The translations under genes were made by a program, and so were the position numbers. The notes beneath the pieces were generated by a model. That model did no database searches and was not told the DNA's origin. It saw only the letters and a program-made list of their open reading frames with translations. Positions 11,701-20,961 of a stretch of DNA of 64,000 bases are shown piece by piece. This DNA comes from Candidatus Poribacteria bacterium (GTDB lineage: Bacteria; Poribacteria; WGA-4E; WGA-3G). The DNA lies in NCBI GenBank assembly GCA_965205025.1, contig CBDBFU010000011.1, positions 1 to 64,000 on the forward strand, in the 5' to 3' direction. The stretch's first letter is position 1. Each line of letters starts with the position of its first letter.

Positions 11701-12112
11701 TCCTCTAAACTCGTTAACTAATCAACAAATTCATTCTAATTTGGATGGACATATAATATCTGGTAGGTTGGATAGACTTGTGAAAATAGAATCAGGAATT
11801 TGGTATGGAATTAAATTTATTACGGAGATGACTGAGAATTTAAATGATTCTTCAACTGAGATGGAATTATATGGACTACTATTACATTCCCATTATCCTA
11901 ATCAACAGACTATAAACATTACATTTTATTCTCCGTATCATAACAGACACTTAGAACAGTTTATCGCAATTTCAGATTTAAATGAAATACGATTAAAATG
12001 GATAGACAAGATTTCTAATCTACAGAATGAAGATTATACGAAAAATCTGGAACATTGTAACTACTGTCCATACTCAGACTCACAAGGGAATTGTATTGTA
12101 AACGAACCATAA
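8768..12112 (+). CDS. UvrD/AddA-like ATP-dependent helicase with C-terminal nuclease-like domain
   Basis: AGAGSGKT, ITFTKKAA, STIHSFC, DEYQD, VGDPKQSIYGFRGA, MTIHSAKGKEF, LYVGATRA motifs; C-terminal Cys cluster. Confidence 0.9.
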   Translation: MNLTQNQQEALNIDKHICVTAGAGSGKTTVLVERYLEILRSGNAAPSQIVAITFTKKAAAEIKARIIEELHYVRNMDIREKCIEEMNTAPISTIHSFCARILREYPFDAKIPASFNVIEGIEQNLLLREVIKNSFDTIVSSVDNPLYSQLEYCLYRTRNSQYLIDLLLRMVNKRSTIELLRESVYENINNTEIPQVWYEIFNAAILTESELSDFVDNLYTILGISKGKNVEKTRELLQQIETLSFQNGDTKIQRELLIAIAPLITTKDNKIAKMHLIGTRVDTSEIDDEIRFVVEIAKKIKSAPVYDDNTDFETDDEFLYKFSQNLLPIYQLIVKNYQEMKFTQGKLDNEDLQLRTVYLLKNNDTVSQNIRRQYDYYMIDEYQDTNELQYELVNLLTNDLNDSNLFIVGDPKQSIYGFRGADVRVFDKTKQKIEEHNGEIISLQENYRSLQDVVGFVNYLFDKQFQDVSENEFEVIYEPLNKARGAAGNGSVEIILRKEEDEVPESVFIAKKIKSMIDSKEEIWVRGIDNKEIPRPIEYGDITILIRARRHLPIIEVALNDFGIPYLTSGGIGFYQRQEIYDIWNYLHFLINPEGNNTSLIGVLRGPAFGISDVEIFEIAQVGRDSLWENTIKYETPTDRLSQAISTLKIHLQIAQRTQINRLIQTIVHDTGMIGAIKTGNKGEQKWANYKKLLEIAGTYEGGEFSNSLDEFVEYLNILILDEPSEGDAPIEESSSAVKIMTIHSAKGKEFPVVILPSLDRQNPKTLEPFIDDELGICLSPLRPEKEYNKTEPVIVPVMKNRKYSKDDAEEKRVLYVGATRARDRLILSGSVNKEGKSKNKMQDIIDNLQLSNEDDMIKLQVEPGAYTEQGPKQERFQQKIQFIKQVDWIDDRRPVPIDETTDTFPELPYDTIKINNFASTYTLDELATYGRCHLRFYLENVLKMTPLSEDQSAEETQTFEQQNDSLLNSEIGEVISSPLNSLTNQQIHSNLDGHIISGRLDRLVKIESGIWYGIKFITEMTENLNDSSTEMELYGLLLHSHYPNQQTINITFYSPYHNRHLEQFIAISDLNEIRLKWIDKISNLQNEDYTKNLEHCNYCPYSDSQGNCIVNEP

Positions 12113-12139
12113 AATAAATATCCATTAGGGGAGGATATT

Positions 12140-12880
12140 ATGATTATTAGAAGAATAGTTTTTGGTTTCATTTTTCTCTTTTTAGTGATGTGTGTTGTTT
12201 CCATTTCATTTGCTGGCACCTGGCGTGATGATTTTGAAGACAATGATACAAAAGAATGGGAAATCTTCAATCTTAACCGACAAGTAGAGAAATGGTGGAT
12301 TAATGATGACGAAGCAGTTGGTGAGATTTTTCAACCCGGATTTTGGAGTCTTTGGATGACGGGTAAAAGCAACTGGAAGTATTATGCTGTCAGATGTGTA
12401 GTTAAACTAATTGATGAAAAAAACGATCCCCCATATTTTGGTCTCACTCTTCATGACAGAGGTGAGGAAGGGGGACGTTATGTGTTTTATGTAGACTATA
12501 TAAGAGGGTTTGCAGTCATTGATAAATGGGTAGCAAATGGTGGATCGGTCAGACGGAATTTCGTTGCTGACAAAGATGTTTGGTATGAACTCACTGCATC
12601 TGTACAATTAAATCCGATTGAAGAAGACGAGGCGATACTCGAGTTTAGCATAAAGAATGCTGATGTTAAAGCTGATAATCCTCTGGTGACAATTACCGCT
12701 CAGGATGCCGACCCTATAGACAAAGGTCAAGTCGGTCTTGCTATTAGCAATGCTCGTGTACGATATGATAATGTTGAAATTTCTGGGACTAACATTCCCA
12801 ATGGGGGTCCTGGTAAACCTTTTACGGTCAAACCATATGCCAAACTTGCCACCTCATGGGGTAAAATTAAAGAAAATTAG
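12140..12880 (+). CDS. Secreted beta-sandwich protein with C-terminal KLATSWG motif
   Basis: Signal peptide (SFA-G), WRDDFED start, YDNVEISG, ends VKPYAKLATSWGKIKEN. Confidence 0.8.
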   Translation: MIIRRIVFGFIFLFLVMCVVSISFAGTWRDDFEDNDTKEWEIFNLNRQVEKWWINDDEAVGEIFQPGFWSLWMTGKSNWKYYAVRCVVKLIDEKNDPPYFGLTLHDRGEEGGRYVFYVDYIRGFAVIDKWVANGGSVRRNFVADKDVWYELTASVQLNPIEEDEAILEFSIKNADVKADNPLVTITAQDADPIDKGQVGLAISNARVRYDNVEISGTNIPNGGPGKPFTVKPYAKLATSWGKIKEN

Positions 12881-12972
12881 AGATTTCAATATTCTAAGGT
12901 ATGAAGAAATCGTAATTGTATATTTATGACACATAAATTGAGGTTAGTAATTAAGAATTTCTAAATATACAT

Positions 12973-14631
12973 TTGTTGTTTTTTATGCATATAATTTTAA
13001 GATATCTTTACTTCATTTTTCTATTTTTCCCTATTCAATTAATACAGGCTGAATTACCACGTTTTACTGAAATTACTGATCCCTCAGGTTTGAACTTTAT
13101 CCACAATAATGGAGCATTTGGAGAAAAATATCTCCCTGAAACGATGGGTTCGGGATGTGCATTTCTTGACTATAATGATGATGGTTGGGTGGACATTTTC
13201 TTGGTTAATTGTAAAGATTGGGAAGGACAAGAAACAGGTAAATCTCAAACTCCAGCATTGTTTCAAAACCAAAAAGATGGAACATTCAAAGATGTAACTA
13301 ATGTCGCAGGATTGAACGTGAATGTCTATGGAATGGGTGTTGCGGTAGGAGACTATGATAATGATGGTGATGATGATATCTACCTAAGTTGTCTAAATGA
13401 TGATAGATTATTCCGTAATAATGGTGATGGAACTTTCAAAGATGTTACAGAGGAATCAGGAATTACGAATCCCGGATTCGGTACAAGTTGTGCATGGTTT
13501 GATTACAATTTGGATGGTTTTTTGGATTTATATATAGCCAATTACGTTAAATGGACAATAGAAACTGATCTTTATTGTACTTTAGATGGCAAAAACAAGT
13601 CTTATTGCACCCCAGAATCGTATTCTGGACAAGCGAGTAAACTCTTTCGTAACAGAGGGAATGGAACATTTGTTGAAGTTTCACGTATCGCTGGTGTGAG
13701 TGATTCTGAGAGTAAGTCATTAGGGGTTTGTATTCTTGATTATAATGCTGATGGTTTACCAGATATCTTTGAGGCAAATGATACACAACCTAATAAGTTG
13801 TATCAGAATAATGGTGATGGAACATTTATAGAAGTTGGTATGCTCACTGGAGTCGCATTTAATGAGAATGGTGTCGCTACAGGAGCAATGGGGGTGGATG
13901 CTGGAGATTATGACAATAGCGGAAAAGAAAGTCTAATTATAGGTAATTTTTCTAATGAAATGATCAACTTATATAAGAATGAAGGGGATTTCTTCATTGA
14001 TGATGCACCGATTGCTAAACTTGGTCAACCATCATTGTTAACCCTTACATTTGGGTGTTTCTTTTTTGATTTTGACCTTGATGGTAAGCTTGATATATTT
14101 ACGACAAACGGTCATGTTGAAACAGATATAAACCTTATACAGAGGAAAGTTACATATCCACAACCTCCCCATCTATTTCGGAATTTAGACGGTGGTAGTT
14201 TTACTGATGTAATTCAGAAAGTGGGTAATGACTTATTAAAACCTGTAGTTGGGAGAGGAACAGCCTATGGGGATATTGATAATGATGGAGATCCTGATAT
14301 ACTTGTAACTACATCGAATGGTCCTGTTCATTTATTTCGGAATGATGGTGGGAACCGATATAATTGGTTAAAAATTAAACTTGTTGGTCAAAAGAGTAAC
14401 AGAAACGGATTAGGAGCTCGTATTGAGGTAATTTCAGCTACTGGTGTACAAACACGAACTGTAAGAAGTGGTTCAAGTTATTGTTCCCAGAGTGAAATGA
14501 AAGTATTCTTTGGTTTCAAAAATGACCAAGTAATAGATAAAATCAAGATAGAATGGCAAGGTGGGAATGCAGATATCCTTGAGAATATAAATACAAATCA
14601 AGAAATTACTATTGAAGAAAGTCAATTGTAA
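12973..14631 (+). CDS. CRTAC1/ASPIC-UnbV family FG-GAP repeat protein
   Basis: Repeated DYDNDGDxD motifs, ETMGSG, C-terminal NRNGLGARI...GSSYCSQS (UnbV-ASPIC). Confidence 0.9.
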   Translation: MLFFMHIILRYLYFIFLFFPIQLIQAELPRFTEITDPSGLNFIHNNGAFGEKYLPETMGSGCAFLDYNDDGWVDIFLVNCKDWEGQETGKSQTPALFQNQKDGTFKDVTNVAGLNVNVYGMGVAVGDYDNDGDDDIYLSCLNDDRLFRNNGDGTFKDVTEESGITNPGFGTSCAWFDYNLDGFLDLYIANYVKWTIETDLYCTLDGKNKSYCTPESYSGQASKLFRNRGNGTFVEVSRIAGVSDSESKSLGVCILDYNADGLPDIFEANDTQPNKLYQNNGDGTFIEVGMLTGVAFNENGVATGAMGVDAGDYDNSGKESLIIGNFSNEMINLYKNEGDFFIDDAPIAKLGQPSLLTLTFGCFFFDFDLDGKLDIFTTNGHVETDINLIQRKVTYPQPPHLFRNLDGGSFTDVIQKVGNDLLKPVVGRGTAYGDIDNDGDPDILVTTSNGPVHLFRNDGGNRYNWLKIKLVGQKSNRNGLGARIEVISATGVQTRTVRSGSSYCSQSEMKVFFGFKNDQVIDKIKIEWQGGNADILENINTNQEITIEESQL

Positions 14632-14641
14632 TATTGAGGGA

Positions 14642-15076
14642 CTATAAGTCAAAAATAATTTGTGCTTCCCATACTCCATTTTCTATCTCACGTACATACA
14701 ATTGGTGATAGGTTACTGCTTTGATTTCTGTATAGACGACATGCTTATCAAAATTTGTTGGTTCGCCATAGACACGGGCTGATAGTCCATCTGAGTTGAT
14801 ACTTAAAATCTCTACACGTTTAAAGAATATTTCTTCTACCTCATGTTGATAAATTAATTCATCTAACCAAGATACTAATAACATTTCAATAGAGTCTGCT
14901 GTTACTTCTATATCAATTGATATTATCTCGTCAATTGAATCAACGACAGCTATCATTTCAAATAGTCCCATTGCTGCATTAGTAAAGAGTAAATCTATTG
15001 AATCTCCCCAAACCCGCATTCCTGCATCAGCAGTGTGTTCAAGGTATTCGAAAGTTTGGTTTTTTATATTAGACAT
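14642..15076 (-). CDS. Archease
   Basis: FEYLEHTAD, WLDELIY, EIKAVTYH, IIFDL motifs. Confidence 0.93.
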   Translation of the reverse strand: MSNIKNQTFEYLEHTADAGMRVWGDSIDLLFTNAAMGLFEMIAVVDSIDEIISIDIEVTADSIEMLLVSWLDELIYQHEVEEIFFKRVEILSINSDGLSARVYGEPTNFDKHVVYTEIKAVTYHQLYVREIENGVWEAQIIFDL

Positions 15077-15272
15077 TTCATTAATGCAGTTTTAAATTGA
15101 TAATAAATGTTAACAAAGAATTAAGAAAAGAATGATAATTGGAGTTTCTTGTCGTTCACATAGTCATTGATATAATAATGTTTAGATTATGTAAGAAACA
15201 TATAGATTATATCCTAACTGAAGAATACATGCTATTAGAGTTATAATTACTACCTATATTGACATTCAAAAT

Positions 15273-18200
15273 ATGCGAATCTTTAAATTCTTTTTACTAT
15301 TTTACTTACTGGTTTTTTTAAGCAAAGTTAATGCTGATTCATGGATGTGTGGTACTCCTTTACTTTGTGAACGTTATACCAACATACAGAATAAAAATAT
15401 AAAAAGCTTAACAAATATACCTGCGGCACCAGCACCTCCTATTAAATTAGGTCAGGTAGAAAGGTTTTATGTTCATATTCCTGAAACATCTGTAAATGCT
15501 ATATGTGTTAATATTGGTGTAAATTGTTATATATATATTGATATAACTGTCCAGAACTTACTAACAGAAAATGAGGCAAAGAATATCACAGATACTTTCG
15601 ACGAGAAAATCTACTCTGGTGTTCAGGAATGGATGGGATCAGAATTCAAACCTGGAATTGATCGTGATAATAAAATTACTATTTTATTCCACGATGTAGG
15701 AATGAATAAATCCGGACGTGATTATGGTGGTTATTTCTCTCCGACAGATCTTCAACCCACTCATCCAAAAAGTAATAGACGTGATATTCTCTATATGGAT
15801 ATTTATCAATTTAAGGAAAGAGCCAGACATACATTCTATAGTAGTTTAGCACATGAGTTTGCACATTTAGTTAGCTGGTATCAAAACGGTGGTACAAATG
15901 ATCAACGTTGGTTAGAAGAAGGGTTAGCTTCATTTACTGAATGGGGCATTTATGGCACTGTACATACACTTTTTGTTGATAACTATCTCTCTAACCCCAG
16001 TCTATCACTTACAACTGCAAATACATCAGATATATATTATGGCGCTGCCTTTATGTATCTCCTATACCTATATGAAAACCATGGGAGTAAGTCTATTATA
16101 AGGAGAATTTCAGCTGAGGATAAACTTGGTTTAGAAGGAATAGGAAAATCATTAAAGGGTACAGAATTGATTGATGTTTTTCTAAATTGGGGAATAACTA
16201 ATTGGATTAATAATCCTCATTTCGGGACAGACTTCAGTTATAGGAATCTTCGAAATAGGAAAATCAATGCTAATATTCCAGTAATTACATCCTATCCATC
16301 AAGACATAATAGAACTGTAGAAAGTTGGGGTTTTCAATATTTCTTGTATAAGAATCTTCCGGATAAAATGGAAATTTCATTACAAGGACATCCCCAAGTT
16401 GATTTATATGCAAAGATTGTCTACTTATTGCCGAATAACAATGAACCGGTTGTTTTACCAATTCATTCTAATACAGACAAAAATAAAGGGATAGATACAT
16501 CGACTTATACTATTACTTTAGAAAATTTAAAACCTGAAGGACAGATACTCGTAATTCTTACCAGTCCCTATACACAGGTTTTTACCATCGTAGCAAATCC
16601 TACCATAGATTTAAACCCAATCGACCTAAGTAATGAGAATGATTTGCCTACATCGAATATCAATAACAGGTTTAGAATCTATTTACCAGATTCTGTAAAA
16701 TACCCACCCAGAAGTAAGTCTCAAATAATTAACCTATGGAATACTCAGTCCGGTATAATCCATTCCAATACCTCATTTCAATTAAAGCCGAGAACACAGA
16801 TTCATCTCTCGAGTAATTATCAAGATATCATTATATTTAATGGATTTGCATATACTACAAGTGACTGGGGACTGGAAGTATTCAGTTTAGGTGAGGATTT
16901 GACTAAGATAAGTGAAATTGAAACACCGGGTTCAGCAGGGAGTATAGCAAATGATGGAGAAAATCTATTCATTGCCGACGGTAATTCAGGAGTACATTTG
17001 ATTGATATAAGTAATCCTGAACTCCTCAGAATTCTAAAGACTATCAAGGGTTTTCAGGATGTAAGTTATATACATATTGCTAATGGTAATATGTATGCAC
17101 TTGACACTATACGTGGGTTGTTGGTTTATAGATTACAGGACATTTATAACCTGGAGAATCCACATCCCAAACGAACATATATAACTAATGGAATCCCATT
17201 GAGTGTATCAACAAAGGGGGAGGATGTATACTTAAGTGATAATGCAGTTGGAGTATATATTCTCACGCCAGATCCACTTGGTGGGTACAATGTAAAAGGA
17301 ACATACCCTCTTGCCGTCCTTGATTTTGAAATTGGAGATGATAATATACAACTTGTTTCTAATAATCTGCACATTATAAATGTAGATGTTCCTGCAGAAC
17401 CAAAACCAATCACTATATTAAATACACCAGGTCTGGCTACAAGTATACAACGTCTTCAAGATTTTCTATATTTGACTGATATACATGCCGGTCTTCACAT
17501 TGTTAATATAGGTAATCCTTTCAAACCAGTGTTAATCACTTCTCATCCTACTATCGGCTCAGCAAATAGCCTTGCATTATGGCAAACAGAATCATCAGAT
17601 GAATATGCTTATATAGCAGATGGATTAGGGGGTATACAGACTTTCGATATAACAAATCCATATTCTCCGAAATGGTTAACTCAATATGATGCTGGTGGCA
17701 GAGCGTATGATCTTGATATAACTAACAATGGGTCGAGAATTGCCGTCGCACATGGGGAAGGGGGTTTAAAGGTTATAGAATTATCTGATCCTTATACAGG
17801 AGATATAATACAGGATATACGCTCGATAAAAGATGAATTAGGAACAATATGTGTCACCATTGATGAAGATCTTGCTTTTATTGGATTAGAAGATGGTATG
17901 GTAGTTATTGATATTATTTCGGGGGATACTCTTGTAAAGATAAATACTGAGCACCCAGTCTTTGCAATAGATTTAATAGAAGATTATGCATATCTCTGTG
18001 CAGGATCACTTGTTGTTGTAGATATTAGTAGGATTGAATTGAGTAGAATTGTCTCAAACCGTAATCTGAATGGTAATGTATATAAAATTGATCATAATTC
18101 TACTCATGCGTATATTGCAGCACTTGAGGGAGGGGTACATATATTAGATATATCAAACCCATCTCAACCTCGACCAATTCACCATTACCAAACTGAAGGT

Positions 18201-18872
18201 GCTGCAACCAACGTGACACTTTCAAATAATTATATCTATATACTTGATACACACATCGGGGTACTAAAACTTGACAACAGTAAACAAGACAATCTTAAAT
18301 TAATCTCAACTTACAAAGATACGACAATACCAATAGTAGCAAAAGTTAAGGACGATTTACTATTCTTACTTGATGTCGAAAGTCTGCAGGTTATTCATAC
18401 CGAGACAATGCTACGAGAGAAACGTTATACACAATTACATGCTCCTTCAGACTTACTGGTCAACGGGAATGCTATTTATATAGCAGATTTATACCAACTT
18501 AACATCTATCAAATTGATACAAATTTAAGCAATTTAGGTGTAGAAGACTATAAAGTAGATGATAATTTGCCATTCACGGATTTATCTCAACGATCCTCGA
18601 ATCAGTTGTTGCAAAACTATCCTAATCCATTTAATCCAGAAACATGGATTCCAATTTCTCTCGCAACCGATACTGATTTCAGTTTATCAATCTACGATGA
18701 GAAAGGACACATTGTTGCATTTCAAGAATATGGAATCCATTCACAAGGTAGACATATTTTGCATTGGGATGGTAGAAATACAAGAAATGAAAAGGTGGCA
18801 AGTGGTATGTATTTTTATACTATTAAAGCAGGAGAGTTTAAAGCAACCCGGAAAATGGTAATCAGAAGATAG
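15273..18872 (+). CDS. Secreted zinc metallopeptidase with LVIVD repeats and FlgD-Ig/Por-secretion-like C-terminal domain
   Basis: Signal peptide, CGT prodomain-like motif, AHEFAH plus WLEEGLA, repeated YAYIADG-GL-I-DI-NP units, LLQNYPNPFNPETWIP...WDGRN...SGMYFY tail. Confidence 0.85.
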   Translation: MRIFKFFLLFYLLVFLSKVNADSWMCGTPLLCERYTNIQNKNIKSLTNIPAAPAPPIKLGQVERFYVHIPETSVNAICVNIGVNCYIYIDITVQNLLTENEAKNITDTFDEKIYSGVQEWMGSEFKPGIDRDNKITILFHDVGMNKSGRDYGGYFSPTDLQPTHPKSNRRDILYMDIYQFKERARHTFYSSLAHEFAHLVSWYQNGGTNDQRWLEEGLASFTEWGIYGTVHTLFVDNYLSNPSLSLTTANTSDIYYGAAFMYLLYLYENHGSKSIIRRISAEDKLGLEGIGKSLKGTELIDVFLNWGITNWINNPHFGTDFSYRNLRNRKINANIPVITSYPSRHNRTVESWGFQYFLYKNLPDKMEISLQGHPQVDLYAKIVYLLPNNNEPVVLPIHSNTDKNKGIDTSTYTITLENLKPEGQILVILTSPYTQVFTIVANPTIDLNPIDLSNENDLPTSNINNRFRIYLPDSVKYPPRSKSQIINLWNTQSGIIHSNTSFQLKPRTQIHLSSNYQDIIIFNGFAYTTSDWGLEVFSLGEDLTKISEIETPGSAGSIANDGENLFIADGNSGVHLIDISNPELLRILKTIKGFQDVSYIHIANGNMYALDTIRGLLVYRLQDIYNLENPHPKRTYITNGIPLSVSTKGEDVYLSDNAVGVYILTPDPLGGYNVKGTYPLAVLDFEIGDDNIQLVSNNLHIINVDVPAEPKPITILNTPGLATSIQRLQDFLYLTDIHAGLHIVNIGNPFKPVLITSHPTIGSANSLALWQTESSDEYAYIADGLGGIQTFDITNPYSPKWLTQYDAGGRAYDLDITNNGSRIAVAHGEGGLKVIELSDPYTGDIIQDIRSIKDELGTICVTIDEDLAFIGLEDGMVVIDIISGDTLVKINTEHPVFAIDLIEDYAYLCAGSLVVVDISRIELSRIVSNRNLNGNVYKIDHNSTHAYIAALEGGVHILDISNPSQPRPIHHYQTEGAATNVTLSNNYIYILDTHIGVLKLDNSKQDNLKLISTYKDTTIPIVAKVKDDLLFLLDVESLQVIHTETMLREKRYTQLHAPSDLLVNGNAIYIADLYQLNIYQIDTNLSNLGVEDYKVDDNLPFTDLSQRSSNQLLQNYPNPFNPETWIPISLATDTDFSLSIYDEKGHIVAFQEYGIHSQGRHILHWDGRNTRNEKVASGMYFYTIKAGEFKATRKMVIRR

Positions 18873-19276
18873 GAAAGTGAAATGTCCTATAAACTGTCAG
18901 TAACACTCAGAAGTTTGAATTCATAAATAATTTTATGATATTCAACAGATACCCTAACTTCTAATTATAAATGTAGATCGTAGAAGATATATATCAATTA
19001 ATGGTGTGTAACCCAAGATAAATAGCATACGTTAAAATTCATAATAAAGTCATGGGAATAGGATATAAAATACATCGGATACTGGTAAAACTTGCTGGAT
19101 ATGTTAAGTATCCTATTTACAGATTACCCAGTTTTATATTCAATACGTCCAGACATCTACTTACATATAACTTTATAGAATGCTTGTGTTTGGACACCCA
19201 AATTAAACAGAGCTTTTAAATTATCCTATTTTCAATCTACCTTTAATAGCATATCAAGCTACAAGGAGACAGACGG

Positions 19277-20959
19277 ATGACAGCGAATAGTGTAACAGGT
19301 AGTTTTCGTGGAATTGAAGTAAGTTTTTCCTTAAACGGTCCCCATATAATCATGAGTGTACAGAATAAAGAAGAAAATGGTCGTCGACTGCGTGTAATGT
19401 ACCAGCAGCAACCATCTGGCGGACGTGTAAATTGGGTTACATTCCAATTGTCAGAGAAAAGCAAGAATGTAGTTGTTCCAGCGGAGGTAATTCAATCCCA
19501 TAGATTAGCGTTTTATGTGGATCAACATGAACCCATTTCCACATATACAACTAATATATTGGAAGAATTAGAAGAAATAAAAACACAATTGGGAACAGAA
19601 AATCCTATTGAAGAGGAAATAGAGGAACATAAGGTAGATACACTCCAGGAAACAACCGACTCAGAAACTGATGCTATTTTACCTAACAAAAATGGTAATG
19701 GAAATGGAAATGGAAATCATTCTCAATCTTCAGAATTGAATCCTAATTCAGTTTTAGATAGTATTCACCAAGTGGAGGATATTTCTGAGGATAATCTATC
19801 AGAAATTGATCCACCTGAAGCATTGAAGAAGGATAATTTAAATTCAATTGAATCAAAATTGCAAAATTCAGATATCTCACATGACCAACCCGAGAGAATT
19901 AATGACACAATCTCGGAACTAAAACCTAATGATGAAGTCTATGATAATGAATCTGAGTCTATCTCTAATGAACTTACAATAGAAGATGTTGATAGTCTAC
20001 CAAAACGGAAGACTCAATATGTTGGACGATATCAAACATCTGTAACAGATGATATAAGATTTAGAATAAAAGTTCCTTCTATTCCTAAGAGTTCATCGAA
20101 ACAACCTGCTACCTTTCTTCCGCCACAACCTGTATCAAGAGGAAAACGGAATGATAGAGGACAAGGAATATTTAAACAGTTAAGTGGCATACTCAGTCTG
20201 TCAAATAATAAATCGAAAAAGACATACTATCAGGAACAAAATCGGTCATTATATGAGAAATTTCATTCAGATTTGGAACAATTAGAGAATGATTACAATA
20301 ACGGTTCAGGTATCACATTAGACAATTGGGATTACAATGAATTGAGTGAGGAACAAGCTGCAGTGTTGGTGTTAAACCTAATGGTTAATGAAATTGGCTC
20401 ATGGAAAAAATCAGCTAAACAAGGCACTGACACTAAAGAAACGCTCGCAACCAAACTTGAGGAAGTAGAGGAAGAGTTAAAACAGACCATAAAACAGACA
20501 AGGGGTATTACTGCTCCTGCACCAACTTTGTTCCCTGACAGAGTGGCATCAACTGAACAAGATTTGGTAGATATACAAAGGGATTGCGAAACTTACTTAG
20601 AACGCTTCACTGATAAATTGTCTAAATTAGAACTACAGCATGCTGAAAAAGTTAAGCTACCTGCATTCAAAAGGTTCTTGGTTGAATTTGTTAGAGATAA
20701 ACTATTTCCAATTGTTGTAGAATTCAGTTCATTGGCGTCTGTTCAACCAAGGTTAAACTGGTTCCTGGATTTAGTGGATTGTGAGTTGATTCCAATTGAA
20801 CCCGGAAAAACAAAGATTACTACAGATTTACATGAAGTAAAAGAAAAACGCCGTAGTGAATATGAAGCAGATACAGTTGTTGAGGTAATTACACCCGGAA
20901 TACAATCTAAGGACGGTAGTAGAATCATTCAATCAGCTGTCGTTGTCCAATCGGAATAG
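19277..20959 (+). CDS. Hypothetical protein: acidic linker, coiled coil and GrpE-like C-terminus
   Basis: 560-aa ORF with AAGGAG RBS; ends PIEPGK...HEV...VVEVITPGI...RIIQSAVVV, resembling the GrpE beta-domain. Confidence 0.7.
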   Translation: MTANSVTGSFRGIEVSFSLNGPHIIMSVQNKEENGRRLRVMYQQQPSGGRVNWVTFQLSEKSKNVVVPAEVIQSHRLAFYVDQHEPISTYTTNILEELEEIKTQLGTENPIEEEIEEHKVDTLQETTDSETDAILPNKNGNGNGNGNHSQSSELNPNSVLDSIHQVEDISEDNLSEIDPPEALKKDNLNSIESKLQNSDISHDQPERINDTISELKPNDEVYDNESESISNELTIEDVDSLPKRKTQYVGRYQTSVTDDIRFRIKVPSIPKSSSKQPATFLPPQPVSRGKRNDRGQGIFKQLSGILSLSNNKSKKTYYQEQNRSLYEKFHSDLEQLENDYNNGSGITLDNWDYNELSEEQAAVLVLNLMVNEIGSWKKSAKQGTDTKETLATKLEEVEEELKQTIKQTRGITAPAPTLFPDRVASTEQDLVDIQRDCETYLERFTDKLSKLELQHAEKVKLPAFKRFLVEFVRDKLFPIVVEFSSLASVQPRLNWFLDLVDCELIPIEPGKTKITTDLHEVKEKRRSEYEADTVVEVITPGIQSKDGSRIIQSAVVVQSE

Positions 20960-20961
20960 TT

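Noticed and set aside
18873-19276. Possible structured RNA in the 400-bp intergenic region
   Set aside because: Only short AT-rich imperfect complementarity, with no clear promoter-terminator unit
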